NCBI GenBank assembly: GCA_021324265.1
Contig: JAJPJK010000018.1
Coordinates: forward strand, 5,404 to 69,403
Direction: 5' to 3'
Origin: Thermoproteota archaeon
GTDB taxonomy: Archaea; Thermoproteota; Thermoprotei; Gearchaeales; Gearchaeaceae
Length of the DNA stretch: 64,000 nt
The translations under genes and the position numbers were made by a program. The notes under the pieces were generated by a model. That model ran no database searches. It was not told the origin of the DNA and saw only the letters and a program-made list of their open reading frames with translations. Position 1 is the first letter of the stretch; the number at the start of each line of letters is the position of its first letter. Of this stretch, positions 1 to 9,740 are shown one piece after another.

Positions 1-2299
1 AGATTCCTTCAAGCAATTTTTCTCTTGGTACTTGTAATGCGTTGGAAATTGATTCGAGCATACTATCGTATTCCCTAAATTTATCAAGCGATAATGAGCC
101 CGCAGTGAATATGAATCTCTCTATACCGTCTTGAATTCTTTCAGTCTTAATTACCTTGATCATACCCACTTCAGAAGTATTCTCGAGATGTGTTCCTCCA
201 CATGCTTGGTGATCTATATTGTCGATACTAACTACTCTTATTGTTCTTCCTCCCATGACTCCTCCTTGGTAAAGCTTGAAGCCATATCTTTCCTCAGCCT
301 CCTTTCTATCCATGAACCTTGCTTTTACAGGAAGCCTTGAAAGCACAACTTCGTTAGCTATGTTTTCTATCTGTTCAAGTTCTTCTCTTGAAATTTTCTT
401 GTAATGTGTTACATCCAATCTAGCTTTATCCTCTTCCTTCCTAGCACCAGCTTGCCAGATATGATCTCCCAGCACCTTCCTTGCGGCATAAAGCAAGATA
501 TGTGTTGCAGTATGATGACGCATAATTTTAAGTCTCCTTTCTTTATCTATAACGCCCTTAACCGCTAATCCTGATATATCAGAATCTAGCCTATCTACTT
601 CATGGTATATCACACCGCCTTTTTTGTATACAGCCTTAACCTTCAGAACCTTATCATTAACTAAAATGGAGCCTGTATCGAAAATCTGGCCACCACCTTC
701 TGGATAAAAAGCAGTTCTATCCAGTATTACCCATCTTGGCATTATCACCTTCAAGACTTTTGCTTCGAATTCGCTCATGTAAGGATCATCATAATATAAC
801 TGATAGGTTGCAGGGACATCTTTTACCTCAGGAATTTCTTCTTTTTGTTCCTGTTTGGTTGGCTTTTCATGTTTCTCTACGACCTTTGAAAAGAAGTCTG
901 CAGGCATCGATACACTTATTCCCTCTTTTTCAGCCTCCTTTATTACGAAATCAGGATGAATGCCTTGAGAATCATATAACTCAATGAGTTCGCTAGCGCT
1001 GATAGTGTTTTCCTTCTTATTCTTTTTTTCCTTTATGAGATTCGAAACTTCAATCGCAGCTCTGTTCATTAGATTATTGTACTTTTCTTCTTCGATTTCG
1101 AGAATCTCCTTAATCCTTTCCTTGGAACCATGGATATTTTTGAATTTACTCCATAGTCTTATTTGCTTGTTTATTATATCGATGAGAGATGTATCGATAT
1201 TTATAGAGCGCAAATTCTTTAGTGTCTTCCTTATAAGCAATCTCCCCAAATAACCTTCGCCGCTATTTGAAGGGACTAAGCCATCTGCAAGCATGAATAA
1301 TATGCATTTTGTATGATCTAGGATGGCATATGCAGCTTCTAGCTTGGATATGAGATCTTCGATATTTTCTTTCGTTCCTAGACTTTCCTTAATTCTTTTA
1401 ATCACTTCTTGTCTTTTAGCAAGTCCACCTTCACTATACAACACTGATTGCCTTGCATGCTCCATTATCAATTCATCATTTTCCTTAAGCCCAATCTCTG
1501 TTAGTAGTTCTCTGAGAATATCGTCATATAATGCATGGAATACAGTAGGTTTTCCTGTGAGATACCAAGTATATCTTTCCATTCCATATCCAGTATCTAC
1601 GATGAAAATTGGGATATCTACGTAATTTCCATCAACGATCTTGTATTTCATAAACACTAATGTAGCTATCTCAAGACCTTTCGAAGCTACTTCCAAGCAA
1701 GGTCCTGCATTACCTCCCCCCTCCCAAAACTCCTCTATATATGTTACACTGTAGGGATCTATCTTGAATATATTTGTGTTCATTTCATGGCAGAATCTTG
1801 CTGTTTCATCTTTCCAATAAATAACTTTCTCTTTTGTGTTGAAGGCATGATGTGCTGCCATTTCGAAAATAGTTAGATGCCTTCCCGATGTTAACCCTAC
1901 AAGATCTAAGTCTTTCAACCTTATGCATGGTTGCGACATTACCAGCGGATTTGCAGGCGGATCAACTTCTCCACTAGTTACAAAAGGCTGGAATACTGCT
2001 ATGCTAGCTATTGTCAAGTATATATCTTCTCTCCATCTCGCTACAACGGGCCTTGGTTCTATATAAGTGTGGTTCCTTTTCTCGAAGAATTCAATGAAAC
2101 TACTTCTTACATCATCTATGGTGAGTTGAGCATTATGCTTTCCTATGAATGAATAATCATCACAAGGCGCATCTTGACATGTTTCCAGCTCTTTATTAAG
2201 CGTCCAGAAAAACCTCTTGCATTTCTTACACTGCTTCCTTATAAAACCATTTTTCTTGAAAAAATCTAATTGATACTCTTTTTCTCTATCAATCGACAA
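1..2299 (-). CDS. alaS: Alanyl-tRNA synthetase (3' end runs off the window)
   Basis: Hand translation from TTG at 2299: MSIDREKEYQLDFFKKNGFIRKQCKKCKRFFW..., the archaeal AlaRS N-terminus; later FWEGGGNAGP, VDTGYG, FYPEGGGQ and HHTATH motifs. Absent from the ORF track because there is no stop codon in the window. Confidence 0.95.
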   Translation of the reverse strand, partial: MSIDREKEYQLDFFKKNGFIRKQCKKCKRFFWTLNKELETCQDAPCDDYSFIGKHNAQLTIDDVRSSFIEFFEKRNHTYIEPRPVVARWREDIYLTIASIAVFQPFVTSGEVDPPANPLVMSQPCIRLKDLDLVGLTSGRHLTIFEMAAHHAFNTKEKVIYWKDETARFCHEMNTNIFKIDPYSVTYIEEFWEGGGNAGPCLEVASKGLEIATLVFMKYKIVDGNYVDIPIFIVDTGYGMERYTWYLTGKPTVFHALYDDILRELLTEIGLKENDELIMEHARQSVLYSEGGLAKRQEVIKRIKESLGTKENIEDLISKLEAAYAILDHTKCILFMLADGLVPSNSGEGYLGRLLIRKTLKNLRSINIDTSLIDIINKQIRLWSKFKNIHGSKERIKEILEIEEEKYNNLMNRAAIEVSNLIKEKKNKKENTISASELIELYDSQGIHPDFVIKEAEKEGISVSMPADFFSKVVEKHEKPTKQEQKEEIPEVKDVPATYQLYYDDPYMSEFEAKVLKVIMPRWVILDRTAFYPEGGGQIFDTGSILVNDKVLKVKAVYKKGGVIYHEVDRLDSDISGLAVKGVIDKERRLKIMRHHTATHILLYAARKVLGDHIWQAGARKEEDKARLDVTHYKKISREELEQIENIANEVVLSRLPVKARFMDRKEAEERYGFKLYQGGVMGGRTIRVVSIDNIDHQACGGTHLENTSEVGMIKVIKTERIQDGIERFIFTAGSLSLDKFREYDSMLESISNALQVPREKLLEGI

Positions 2300-2305
2300 A
2301 TCAAC

Positions 2306-2620
2306 TTAACCGAAGAGTGCTGAAAGTCCTGCAGATAGCGTTTCCTCTGATACTTCCTCCTTCTTTTCCTCTTTCTTTTCCTCCTTCTTCTCTTCAGCTT
2401 TTGCTTCAGCTTGAGCTGGCGCAGCAACTGGAGCAGTTACAACGGGTGTTGCCTGCTTTAATACCTCTTCCACATTTATCTCCTTAAAGGCAGCAACAAA
2501 CATCTTAACCCTATTTGAATCATAATTTATCCCTGTAGCTTGGAAGATTTTCTCCATGTTTTCCTCTGTTATATCCTTTTTCGCATAGTGCAATAGTAAT
2601 CCAGCGTAAACGTATTCCAT
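2306..2620 (-). CDS. rpl12: 50S ribosomal stalk protein P1/L12
   Basis: MEYVYAGLLLH start, Ala/Glu-rich hinge, GLSALFG C-terminus. Confidence 0.97.
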   Translation of the reverse strand: MEYVYAGLLLHYAKKDITEENMEKIFQATGINYDSNRVKMFVAAFKEINVEEVLKQATPVVTAPVAAPAQAEAKAEEKKEEKKEEKKEEVSEETLSAGLSALFG

Positions 2621-2653
2621 AAATCTCTTTTATCAATTAGGTAATATTAAAGT

Positions 2654-3505
2654 TTAAAGCTTGTCCTTGAGCCTTTGGTATAAGGTCTCTGCTATTATCT
2701 TTGCCTTACTTATGTTTTTAGGAAGAATATCCTTTTCTGGTACTACAAGATTTTCCGCTATTTTCAAATATTCTTGATATGCACGCTGTATAAGCATTGG
2801 CATCACCTCTACTACAGGCAAGCTGGCATTCAATGCAAGCTTAAGTGCATTGCCCTGTGCGTTTTTGATCTCTTTCATCATTTCATCTAGGTCAAGCCTT
2901 ATGTCCTTGATTATTTCCTTGCCATCATAAGCTAATCTAAGGTTAAGGGTTGTCTCGATAGGCTTTATGCCCAAAAGATTTAGCAGTTCAACAACGTCTT
3001 TGCTTATAACTTCTCCTTGTTTAGCCACAACTGTATCTTTGGCTATCCATATTGAGCCCTCAACAATTTTTGTCGGGACTTTGAGCTTGCTGAATTTGCT
3101 CAATACTGGACCGGGCGCTAAGCCTGTATTCCCCTCGGGTACTACGATGTCTTTAGGAGCAATCATACCAGCTTGTGCTTCAGTTGCGATTTTATTTCTT
3201 TGTAAAAAGAGATAAAGTTCAAATGGATTCTTGTTAGTGAATATGAACAAGTTCTGGCCTGTGAGATCAAACTTTGTTCCATGAACTCTTTCTATTGCTT
3301 TCTGAACAAGCCTATTTCTAGCAACTTTAAGCACTGCAACACTTCTTAGTAATTTCCTCATAGTTTGCAGTTCAGCACTACCTACCTTGACAAGCTCTGC
3401 TATTACCATGTACTTGTAATTTTTGAGATATTCTTCCAGCTGAGCAAGTGTTCTGGATTTTACTTCTCTCGTAACTTTCTTTACAGCCCTATATCTTAGC
3501 GACAT
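2654..3505 (-). CDS. rpl10: 50S ribosomal protein uL10 (P0)
   Basis: KVARNRL and GNTGLAPGP motifs; L11-L1-L10-L12 synteny. Confidence 0.95.
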   Translation of the reverse strand: MSLRYRAVKKVTREVKSRTLAQLEEYLKNYKYMVIAELVKVGSAELQTMRKLLRSVAVLKVARNRLVQKAIERVHGTKFDLTGQNLFIFTNKNPFELYLFLQRNKIATEAQAGMIAPKDIVVPEGNTGLAPGPVLSKFSKLKVPTKIVEGSIWIAKDTVVAKQGEVISKDVVELLNLLGIKPIETTLNLRLAYDGKEIIKDIRLDLDEMMKEIKNAQGNALKLALNASLPVVEVMPMLIQRAYQEYLKIAENLVVPEKDILPKNISKAKIIAETLYQRLKDKL

Positions 3506-4158
3506 TATTTGATCCTTATAGGTTCACTCATTGTCTTTTTAATATAAATACTTGCAATCCTTCCCTTTCCTGCAGCCCTCTTATTAACTTCCTCGATTAC
3601 GCTCAATGCATTTTCCTTTAGGGCTTTTATTTCCATCCCCTCTTTCCCTATAGCACAAGCTATTACTGGTTGGCCTTTCATCCTAATCCTGATACTCTGC
3701 TTGAGATCTTCAATCAATCTTTGAACAGAAACATTTGGAGCGAGTACTTGGGGCAGTTTGCCTCTACTTCCTAAATAAGGTCCTAAAAGTTTACCTACAA
3801 GTGGCATAAGATCTGGCTGTGCAAGGAAATACTTATAGTTCCTAGCTAATTTCTTCAATTCACGCTTATTTCCCTGCAATTTTTCTAGATCGTTTCTCCT
3901 CAGCACGAGATCAGCGCCTGCTTTCTGTGCTTCATTTGCGATATCCCTTTCTGCTATGACACATATTTTATTATTCAAACCAGCTATTGGATTTGGCAAT
4001 TTAATGATTCCTGAAAATTTATCGGCATCTTTTTTGGGGTCAATACCTTCGAACGAAACTATTATTTCATAGGTTTGTTTAAACCTTCGTTTCTTTGATT
4101 GTTCTAATTTTTTGATTGCATCTTCAAAATTCCCGATGATTTCTTCAGCTTGAGCCAT
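3505..4158 (-). CDS. rpl1: 50S ribosomal protein uL1
   Basis: KRRFKQTYE, LGPYLGSRGKLP, KKTM motifs; synteny. Confidence 0.96.
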   Translation of the reverse strand: MAQAEEIIGNFEDAIKKLEQSKKRRFKQTYEIIVSFEGIDPKKDADKFSGIIKLPNPIAGLNNKICVIAERDIANEAQKAGADLVLRRNDLEKLQGNKRELKKLARNYKYFLAQPDLMPLVGKLLGPYLGSRGKLPQVLAPNVSVQRLIEDLKQSIRIRMKGQPVIACAIGKEGMEIKALKENALSVIEEVNKRAAGKGRIASIYIKKTMSEPIRIK

Positions 4159-4160
4159 GT

Positions 4161-4646
4161 TTACTCTTTGAATAATTCATCATAGAGTCCTTTATCTATT
4201 TCCTTCTGAACTTCCCTAGGATCTTTACCCTCAACAGTTATACCAAAGCTAACGCATGTTCCAAGTATCTCTTTAGCTGCACTTTTTAAGCTTTTGGCAA
4301 GCAAATCTTTCCTCTTTATTTTAGCTATTTTTACGATTTGTTGAATTGACAAATTTCCTACTTTTTGCTTTGCAGGTGAACCAGAACCTTTCTCCACTTT
4401 GAGCTCATTGAGAAGAAGCGCCGCTGTTGATGGGACTCCAATTTCTACTTCATATTCTTTCGTTGTTGGATCTACATTGACAATTACTGGTACCCTCATA
4501 CCTGCGAAGTCCTTTGTAAGATCGTTAATCTTTTTAACTATATCCATAACGTTTACGCCAAGCGGATTCAATGCTGGCCCAATAGGCGGGCCTCCCGTAG
4601 CTTTCCCTCCTTCTATCTCAAAATTGAAGGTCTTGAATTGCGGCAT
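4161..4646 (-). CDS. rpl11: 50S ribosomal protein uL11
   Basis: GGKATGGPPIGPAL motif; GTCVSFG. Confidence 0.97.
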   Translation of the reverse strand: MPQFKTFNFEIEGGKATGGPPIGPALNPLGVNVMDIVKKINDLTKDFAGMRVPVIVNVDPTTKEYEVEIGVPSTAALLLNELKVEKGSGSPAKQKVGNLSIQQIVKIAKIKRKDLLAKSLKSAAKEILGTCVSFGITVEGKDPREVQKEIDKGLYDELFKE

Positions 4647-4657
4647 AACTTATCCCT

Positions 4658-5137
4658 TTATTTTTTGATTATTTTAATGTAGTCTACAGGTAGATTTATA
4701 GGTATTGGTGTCACAGAATCTTTAAGAACAACAGTTACTTCTTTCTTGTTTTGTTCAACGCGAACAACTTCTGCTGTGCTTCCTTTGAAAGGTCCCCATA
4801 CTATCTCAACCTCTGTACCTTCCCTTATCTCACCCATCATTTCCTTAGGAACTAGGAAGTGCTCAATTTCCTTGATTTCTATTGCTCCTCTTACGTGTCC
4901 TCTTACATGCTTCAGCCCATAAAACAGCGATATTACATCCGTTTTGCTTTTGGCTTCTACAAGTACGAAAGATTTCATTTCATCTAGAGTTAAGATGGAA
5001 TAAATCCCAGAGTTAGGACCTAAATTCTTAGCTTTTTCTGCAGCGATCATTCCAATCAAGTTTTCGTAACCTGCAGTAACCTTTACTGCGTATAACTTCC
5101 TTTTTGTTTCACTACCACCTTCCTTTTCTGCTTCCAT
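4658..5137 (-). CDS. spt5: Transcription elongation factor Spt5/NusG
   Basis: NGN domain (YAVKVTAGYE) and KOW (VEIVWGPFKG); between secE and rpl11; start placed at ATG 5137. Confidence 0.94.
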   Translation of the reverse strand: MEAEKEGGSETKRKLYAVKVTAGYENLIGMIAAEKAKNLGPNSGIYSILTLDEMKSFVLVEAKSKTDVISLFYGLKHVRGHVRGAIEIKEIEHFLVPKEMMGEIREGTEVEIVWGPFKGSTAEVVRVEQNKKEVTVVLKDSVTPIPINLPVDYIKIIKK

Positions 5138-5390
5138 AATAATAAACCACCAAAGTAATACCAACTATTATAGTTATCGCAAATAAGGCAATCTGTGGGA
5201 CTATCGAAATATTTTGAAATGACTCAAGTCCCACGGCGACTAAATTTATCATGAAAGCATAAAGGCCAACAGCAAAGATGCCCAGCAGTGTTATCTTCAT
5301 CATTAATCTAAATTCATCTCTAGTAGGTTTGCTGGCCAAATTGAAAATATTTCTTATCGATCGAATTAACTCTCTTACTCTCTCTGACAT
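5112..5390 (-). CDS. secE: Protein translocase subunit SecE/Sec61-gamma, with an extra C-terminal TM segment
   Basis: KPTRDEF motif followed by a TM helix; ftsY-secE-spt5 neighbourhood. Confidence 0.88.
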   Translation of the reverse strand: MSERVRELIRSIRNIFNLASKPTRDEFRLMMKITLLGIFAVGLYAFMINLVAVGLESFQNISIVPQIALFAITIIVGITLVVYYYGSRKGRW

Positions 5391-5401
5391 AAACAATAAA
5401 T

Positions 5402-6340
5402 CTAGAACAAAGCTACTAATATAGCTTTACTCGTATGCAGCCTGTTTTCTGCTTGGTCAAATGCTAGTGATCTGTTACTATATACCACATCTGCAGTGAT
5501 TTCTTCTCCCAAATGCCATGGGCCGCAATGCATAAAGTATGCATTCTCTGCAACGTCCATAAGTTTGGCATTGACTTGATATTTGGCGAGTACTCTAAGC
5601 CTTTCCTCCCTCTCATTCTCCATTCCCATCGATACGAAAACATCAGTATAGATGATATCCAAATCCTTTACTGCGTTTATGTCTTCTGTAATTTTTATCT
5701 TCGCATTTGTCTTGTTAGCTATGCTTAACGCTCTTTCAAGAACACTTTTCTTAGGCTGATATTTGTTAGGTCCAATAAGCCTTATCTCCAAGCCTAAGAT
5801 GGCACAGGCATATGCTAAGCTCGTAGCAACATTATTCGCTGTATCTCCGATGAAACCGAGTTTGAGCCCATCTAGCTTTCCAAATTTTTCATATGCCGTA
5901 AAGAGATCTGCAATTATTTGACATGGATGTTCTTCGTCGCTCAATGCATTGATCACAGGTCCTCTAAACTCTTTTGCAAAGCTATATAGAATTTCGTGCC
6001 CGTAGACTCTCAATATAAGTCCATCAAAATACCTATCAAGAACCTTTGCAGTATCTTCGACAGTTTCTCCTCTGGCTATCTGCATTTCATTCCAGCTAAA
6101 GTAATATGGAATGCTGCCTAGCTCATGAATTGCAACAGAAAATGATGATCTCGTCCTCGTTGAATGCTTTTGGAACATCAGTGCAATTTTCTTATCAGCT
6201 AAATAGTTGAGATTTTTTACACCAATTTTGCTAAGCTTTTTCAAATATGCTGTTAACTCTAGAAGATCTAGGATTTCCTGTTTACTTAAATCTGTTATAG
6301 ATATCAGATCTCTTCCTCTTAGGCCTTTAATTGTTTCCAT
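5402..6340 (-). CDS. argF: Ornithine carbamoyltransferase
   Basis: STRT, HPCQ, DVFVSMG and HCxP motifs. Confidence 0.92.
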   Translation of the reverse strand: METIKGLRGRDLISITDLSKQEILDLLELTAYLKKLSKIGVKNLNYLADKKIALMFQKHSTRTRSSFSVAIHELGSIPYYFSWNEMQIARGETVEDTAKVLDRYFDGLILRVYGHEILYSFAKEFRGPVINALSDEEHPCQIIADLFTAYEKFGKLDGLKLGFIGDTANNVATSLAYACAILGLEIRLIGPNKYQPKKSVLERALSIANKTNAKIKITEDINAVKDLDIIYTDVFVSMGMENEREERLRVLAKYQVNAKLMDVAENAYFMHCGPWHLGEEITADVVYSNRSLAFDQAENRLHTSKAILVALF

Positions 6341-7238
6341 TCCCCAATATCTTATTTACTATCCACTCTCTTTTAGCTATCATGAAGTCTTCATATTCGG
6401 TACCGTTGCTAATGAATACAATGGGTTTTTTCGTTTCATAAGTTATGGAAAGTGCAACGCCTCCTTTATCATCTGCATCAACTTTCGTTAATATGAATCC
6501 ATCGTAGCCAACTTCTTTAGCGAATATTTCTGCCTGTCTATAGGAGTCGTTGCCAGTAAGGCTATCAACGACTAAAAAAACAGCATCAGGTTGAATAACT
6601 CTTACAAGTTTCTTCATTTCTTCCAGTAAGTCACGATCAGTTTGCATTCTCCCAGCGGTATCAATTAAAACTACATCAATACTTTTTTTTGTAGCTAGCT
6701 GTACTGCATCATATGCTACGGCTGTAGGTGAGGCACCGTATTTGTGTTTAACGATCTCAATGCCTAGTTTCTTTGAATGAAGCTCTAGTTGTTCAATTGC
6801 GCCAGCCCTGAATGTATCTCCACATGCAATAATCAGCGAATAATTTTTTTTCTTAAGCAAATATGCCAGCTTTGCTATCGCAGTTGTTTTGCCTGTACCG
6901 TTTATACCTAAAAAAACTATCACGAAAGGCTTTTCTTTCTTCTCTTCAATCTTTCTGAAAAGATCATAACTTCCTATGTTTTCAAGCAATTCTTGCAACT
7001 TGTTTTTAAACAAATCCTCTATAACATCCTCGATCTTATCAAATCTGCCAATTTTCTTTCCAAGCAATTCCTTTCTAAATTCTTCAGATATTTTCCTAGC
7101 GACGTCAGCAGTTACGTTATTCTCGATAAGCTTTAGTTCAAAATCCCATAGGGTAGCTTCCAAATCTTTCTCGCTTATTTCTTTAGTAGAAATAGCCTCT
7201 TTTAAATTAGAAAAGGCCTTCTTTAATCCCTCAAACAT
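6327..7238 (-). CDS. ftsY: SRP receptor FtsY
   Basis: GINGTGKTT, DTFRAGA, DTAGR, TKVD..KGG. Confidence 0.97.
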   Translation of the reverse strand: MFEGLKKAFSNLKEAISTKEISEKDLEATLWDFELKLIENNVTADVARKISEEFRKELLGKKIGRFDKIEDVIEDLFKNKLQELLENIGSYDLFRKIEEKKEKPFVIVFLGINGTGKTTAIAKLAYLLKKKNYSLIIACGDTFRAGAIEQLELHSKKLGIEIVKHKYGASPTAVAYDAVQLATKKSIDVVLIDTAGRMQTDRDLLEEMKKLVRVIQPDAVFLVVDSLTGNDSYRQAEIFAKEVGYDGFILTKVDADDKGGVALSITYETKKPIVFISNGTEYEDFMIAKREWIVNKILGNGNN

Positions 7239-7657
7239 TACTTCTTTTCGCTTAATTCATTGATTTCGTTTTCCAACCTTGCAATAATTAAGCTCAATTC
7301 TTCAATAACTTTGCTCGTATTGTTTATAGCCTCATTTATCTTTGCCTTTTTCCTATTTAAAAAATCCAAGGCCTGCTCTAAAGTATATTCAACGTAAACC
7401 TTTGCACCTATATTAACCAAAATTTTTTCGTTCTTATCATAGTTGAATTTTACAAAGGAACCGCTTCCTATAGGAGCATATAACTCAACTTTTTCTTGAT
7501 TCTCGCTTCTAATCGCTTCAAAACTATTGATAGCGTTTTCTACATCGTTGAGCAATACTCGAGCTGTTTCGAGATTACCTCTATAGCTATTCAAAAGCTC
7601 TCTGTAGTATTCATATTCTAGAACCTTCTTATTGAGCTCAACTTCCTTATTGCTCAT
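7238..7657 (-). CDS. pfdA: Prefoldin alpha subunit
   Basis: Coiled coils flanking PIGSGSF and VNIGAKVYVE hairpins; upstream of ftsY. Confidence 0.93.
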   Translation of the reverse strand: MSNKEVELNKKVLEYEYYRELLNSYRGNLETARVLLNDVENAINSFEAIRSENQEKVELYAPIGSGSFVKFNYDKNEKILVNIGAKVYVEYTLEQALDFLNRKKAKINEAINNTSKVIEELSLIIARLENEINELSEKK

Positions 7658-7690
7658 CGTCCTTATTTCTAATCTCCTCTCTCTATATAT

Positions 7691-8365
7691 TTACTTCTTT
7701 GCGAGACCGAATACCTGCTCTATTTTGGCAATCTCAGCACCTGTTGTTAGTCCTCCAACAACGGCTCCCTTTTCATTTATCACAAGCCCAAGCTTAATTG
7801 CAGAACTACCCCTGTTTATAGTACCTATATCTCCTTCAGTATCGAATATTTCTCTGAATAATTTCAATGCGCTTTCATCGAAAAGTGGCGAAGCTAAAAA
7901 ACCCTTATCGTTGACAACTAGAAAGGAAGCAAGCTTTCTATTTTCAGCTGGCAAAATAGCTATGCTTTTGACCTTAAGAACGTCCTTGATGAAATTTACC
8001 TCATCTTCAGTGAAGTCTGCATGAAGCACAGCGCCTTTAGAATTTGCACTTATTAAGTTACCGAGTGCATTGAATTTAGTCCTTAGTACAGCGACTTCAT
8101 CAAAGTATGATTTCAAAACGTCTATCTCCTCTTCTGTAGCACTCCATGGCAAAAGCGCAGCCCTTGAGTTTGCTGCAATGAAGATTCCTACAAGACTACT
8201 TTCTGATATCGTTATCTCTTTTACCTCTATTTCAAGCGTTTCTTCAAATATCCTTTTGTATTTTTGTTCTGCACCCTTACAAATAAAGCAGTATTTATTG
8301 TTGGCGAACGAAAAAGCTCCTATGAGCTCGGAGTTAAAAATAAAATTTCTCGAAGTACCTACCAT
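7691..8365 (-). CDS. eif6: Translation initiation factor 6 (aIF6)
   Basis: SSLVG, NALGNLISANSKGA, GTINRG, TTGAE motifs. Confidence 0.95.
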   Translation of the reverse strand: MVGTSRNFIFNSELIGAFSFANNKYCFICKGAEQKYKRIFEETLEIEVKEITISESSLVGIFIAANSRAALLPWSATEEEIDVLKSYFDEVAVLRTKFNALGNLISANSKGAVLHADFTEDEVNFIKDVLKVKSIAILPAENRKLASFLVVNDKGFLASPLFDESALKLFREIFDTEGDIGTINRGSSAIKLGLVINEKGAVVGGLTTGAEIAKIEQVFGLAKK

Positions 8366-8751
8366 CAGCTACTTAAGAAGACCAGCGCCCTATCCTTAGT
8401 GGTTAAGAATACTCTTAACTTAACTTTGCTAGGTGGCTTCTTAACACCTTTTTCCCATATTTTTTCGTTTAGCTTACTATCTATCCAAACTTCTTTTTGC
8501 TTTGTATACTTTTTAGTTAATTCTCTAACTAAATTTACTGCTTTCTTTCCTCTCTTTAATATTGGTGCCTTCTTAGAATCTCTAAGATTTAATATTAGAA
8601 TCCTTTCCTCCTTTATGTTCTCATCTTCAAATAAGAGTTCCTCTCTAACCTTCTTTAAGATTTCATCCTTTACCTCTTCCTCTTTTACTTCTTCTACCTT
8701 TTTCTCTTCTTCTTTTACCTCCTCGATTTGCTGCGTTGTTTCCTCGCTCAT
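8365..8751 (-). CDS. rpl31e: 50S ribosomal protein eL31 with acidic N-terminal extension
   Basis: LNEKIWEKG..KPP motif; synteny. Confidence 0.93.
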   Translation of the reverse strand: MSEETTQQIEEVKEEEKKVEEVKEEEVKDEILKKVREELLFEDENIKEERILILNLRDSKKAPILKRGKKAVNLVRELTKKYTKQKEVWIDSKLNEKIWEKGVKKPPSKVKLRVFLTTKDRALVFLSS

Positions 8752-8753
8752 TT

Positions 8754-8918
8754 TTAAGGCTTTATCCTAGATGTCTTCCAAGTCCTTCTCCTGTTATGTC
8801 TCCTCAGTCTTTTTCCTCCTATTCTTGTTTTAGCCGTAACCCATACAGGAACTGGTTTACTTAGCTTACCTTCTCTAGCCAACTTCTTCTTTCTTACTAG
8901 TGTCTTATTCCTTGCCAT
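8754..8918 (-). CDS. rpl39e: 50S ribosomal protein eL39 (54 aa, not in ORF track)
   Basis: Hand translation MARNKTLVRKKKLAREGKLSKPVPVWVTAKT...RRRTWKTSRIKP. Confidence 0.93.
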   Translation of the reverse strand: MARNKTLVRKKKLAREGKLSKPVPVWVTAKTRIGGKRLRRHNRRRTWKTSRIKP

Positions 8919-8919
8919 T

Positions 8920-9267
8920 TTATTCCTTCCTCAATATCCTTATCTTAGTTTCTTGTGTAGATGTTATAGATTTAAGTATTTTCTTTATATCTTCTTCGTC
9001 TAGCATGCCCTTTATTCTTCCAGCACTTGCGAGCTGAATTAAATAGAGCTCCAGTTGATCCGCGAGTTCAGGCTTGACCAATCTTATATTTTCCAGTCTA
9101 CTTCTTGCATCTGGCGTCAATATTCTCCTTAAAATCGCTTGCTTTCGTTCTTCTATTTCTTTCCTTTCTTTTTCCTTTTCATAAGCTTCAGCAATTCTCC
9201 TCTGATATTCCTCTAACTTCCTTCTTCTTAGTTCTTCTAGCTCTTTATCCTCTTCCATCTTTACCAC
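8920..9267 (-). CDS. PDCD5-like dsDNA-binding protein
   Basis: ELEELRRRKLEE...ILTPDARSRLENIRLVKP; between rps19e and rpl39e. Confidence 0.92.
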   Translation of the reverse strand: MVKMEEDKELEELRRRKLEEYQRRIAEAYEKEKERKEIEERKQAILRRILTPDARSRLENIRLVKPELADQLELYLIQLASAGRIKGMLDEEDIKKILKSITSTQETKIRILRKE

Positions 9268-9724
9268 CCGGCAAATATTTTGTCAACTCGGGATTCGTTT
9301 CCAATATTTCCTTGAAAACCTTAGATGAGACTTTACTCACCAATGATTGTCCTTTCTCTGTCAAAACCCTACCTTTCTCTGTCTTTTTCACCAGTCCTGC
9401 GACCTCAAGCTGTTGTAATATTTTCCTAGTTATCGCTCCACTAGCTTTGTGATGATGTTCCATCCTTTTCTTAAACTTTTTCCTTCCACCATAGATCGTA
9501 CGAAAACTCTCTACGCTCAAAGGTTGTTTAATATATAATTTTCTCAGCATTGCTGCAGCACGTATATACCACCAATTATCCTGAATTGGAAGCCTTTCCC
9601 TCGAAGGTGAAGTTTTTACGAATATAGACCAAGGTGGGGGAGAGATTTCTTTAAAATTTTCTTTTATATATTCAGCTAACTCATTTATCAACGAATCTGC
9701 TGGAACCAATCTGGGGTCAACCAT
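9245..9724 (-). CDS. rps19e: 30S ribosomal protein eS19
   Basis: PPWSIFVKT, WWYIRAAAMLRKLY, YGGRK. Confidence 0.97.
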   Translation of the reverse strand: MVDPRLVPADSLINELAEYIKENFKEISPPPWSIFVKTSPSRERLPIQDNWWYIRAAAMLRKLYIKQPLSVESFRTIYGGRKKFKKRMEHHHKASGAITRKILQQLEVAGLVKKTEKGRVLTEKGQSLVSKVSSKVFKEILETNPELTKYLPGGKDGRG

Positions 9725-9740
9725 AAGAGTTGCTAGTGAT

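Noticed and set aside
131-2152. Several short plus-strand ORFs in the track
   Set aside because: Antisense shadows of alaS; the same applies to the many Ser/Phe/Leu-rich ORFs opposite real genes across the window
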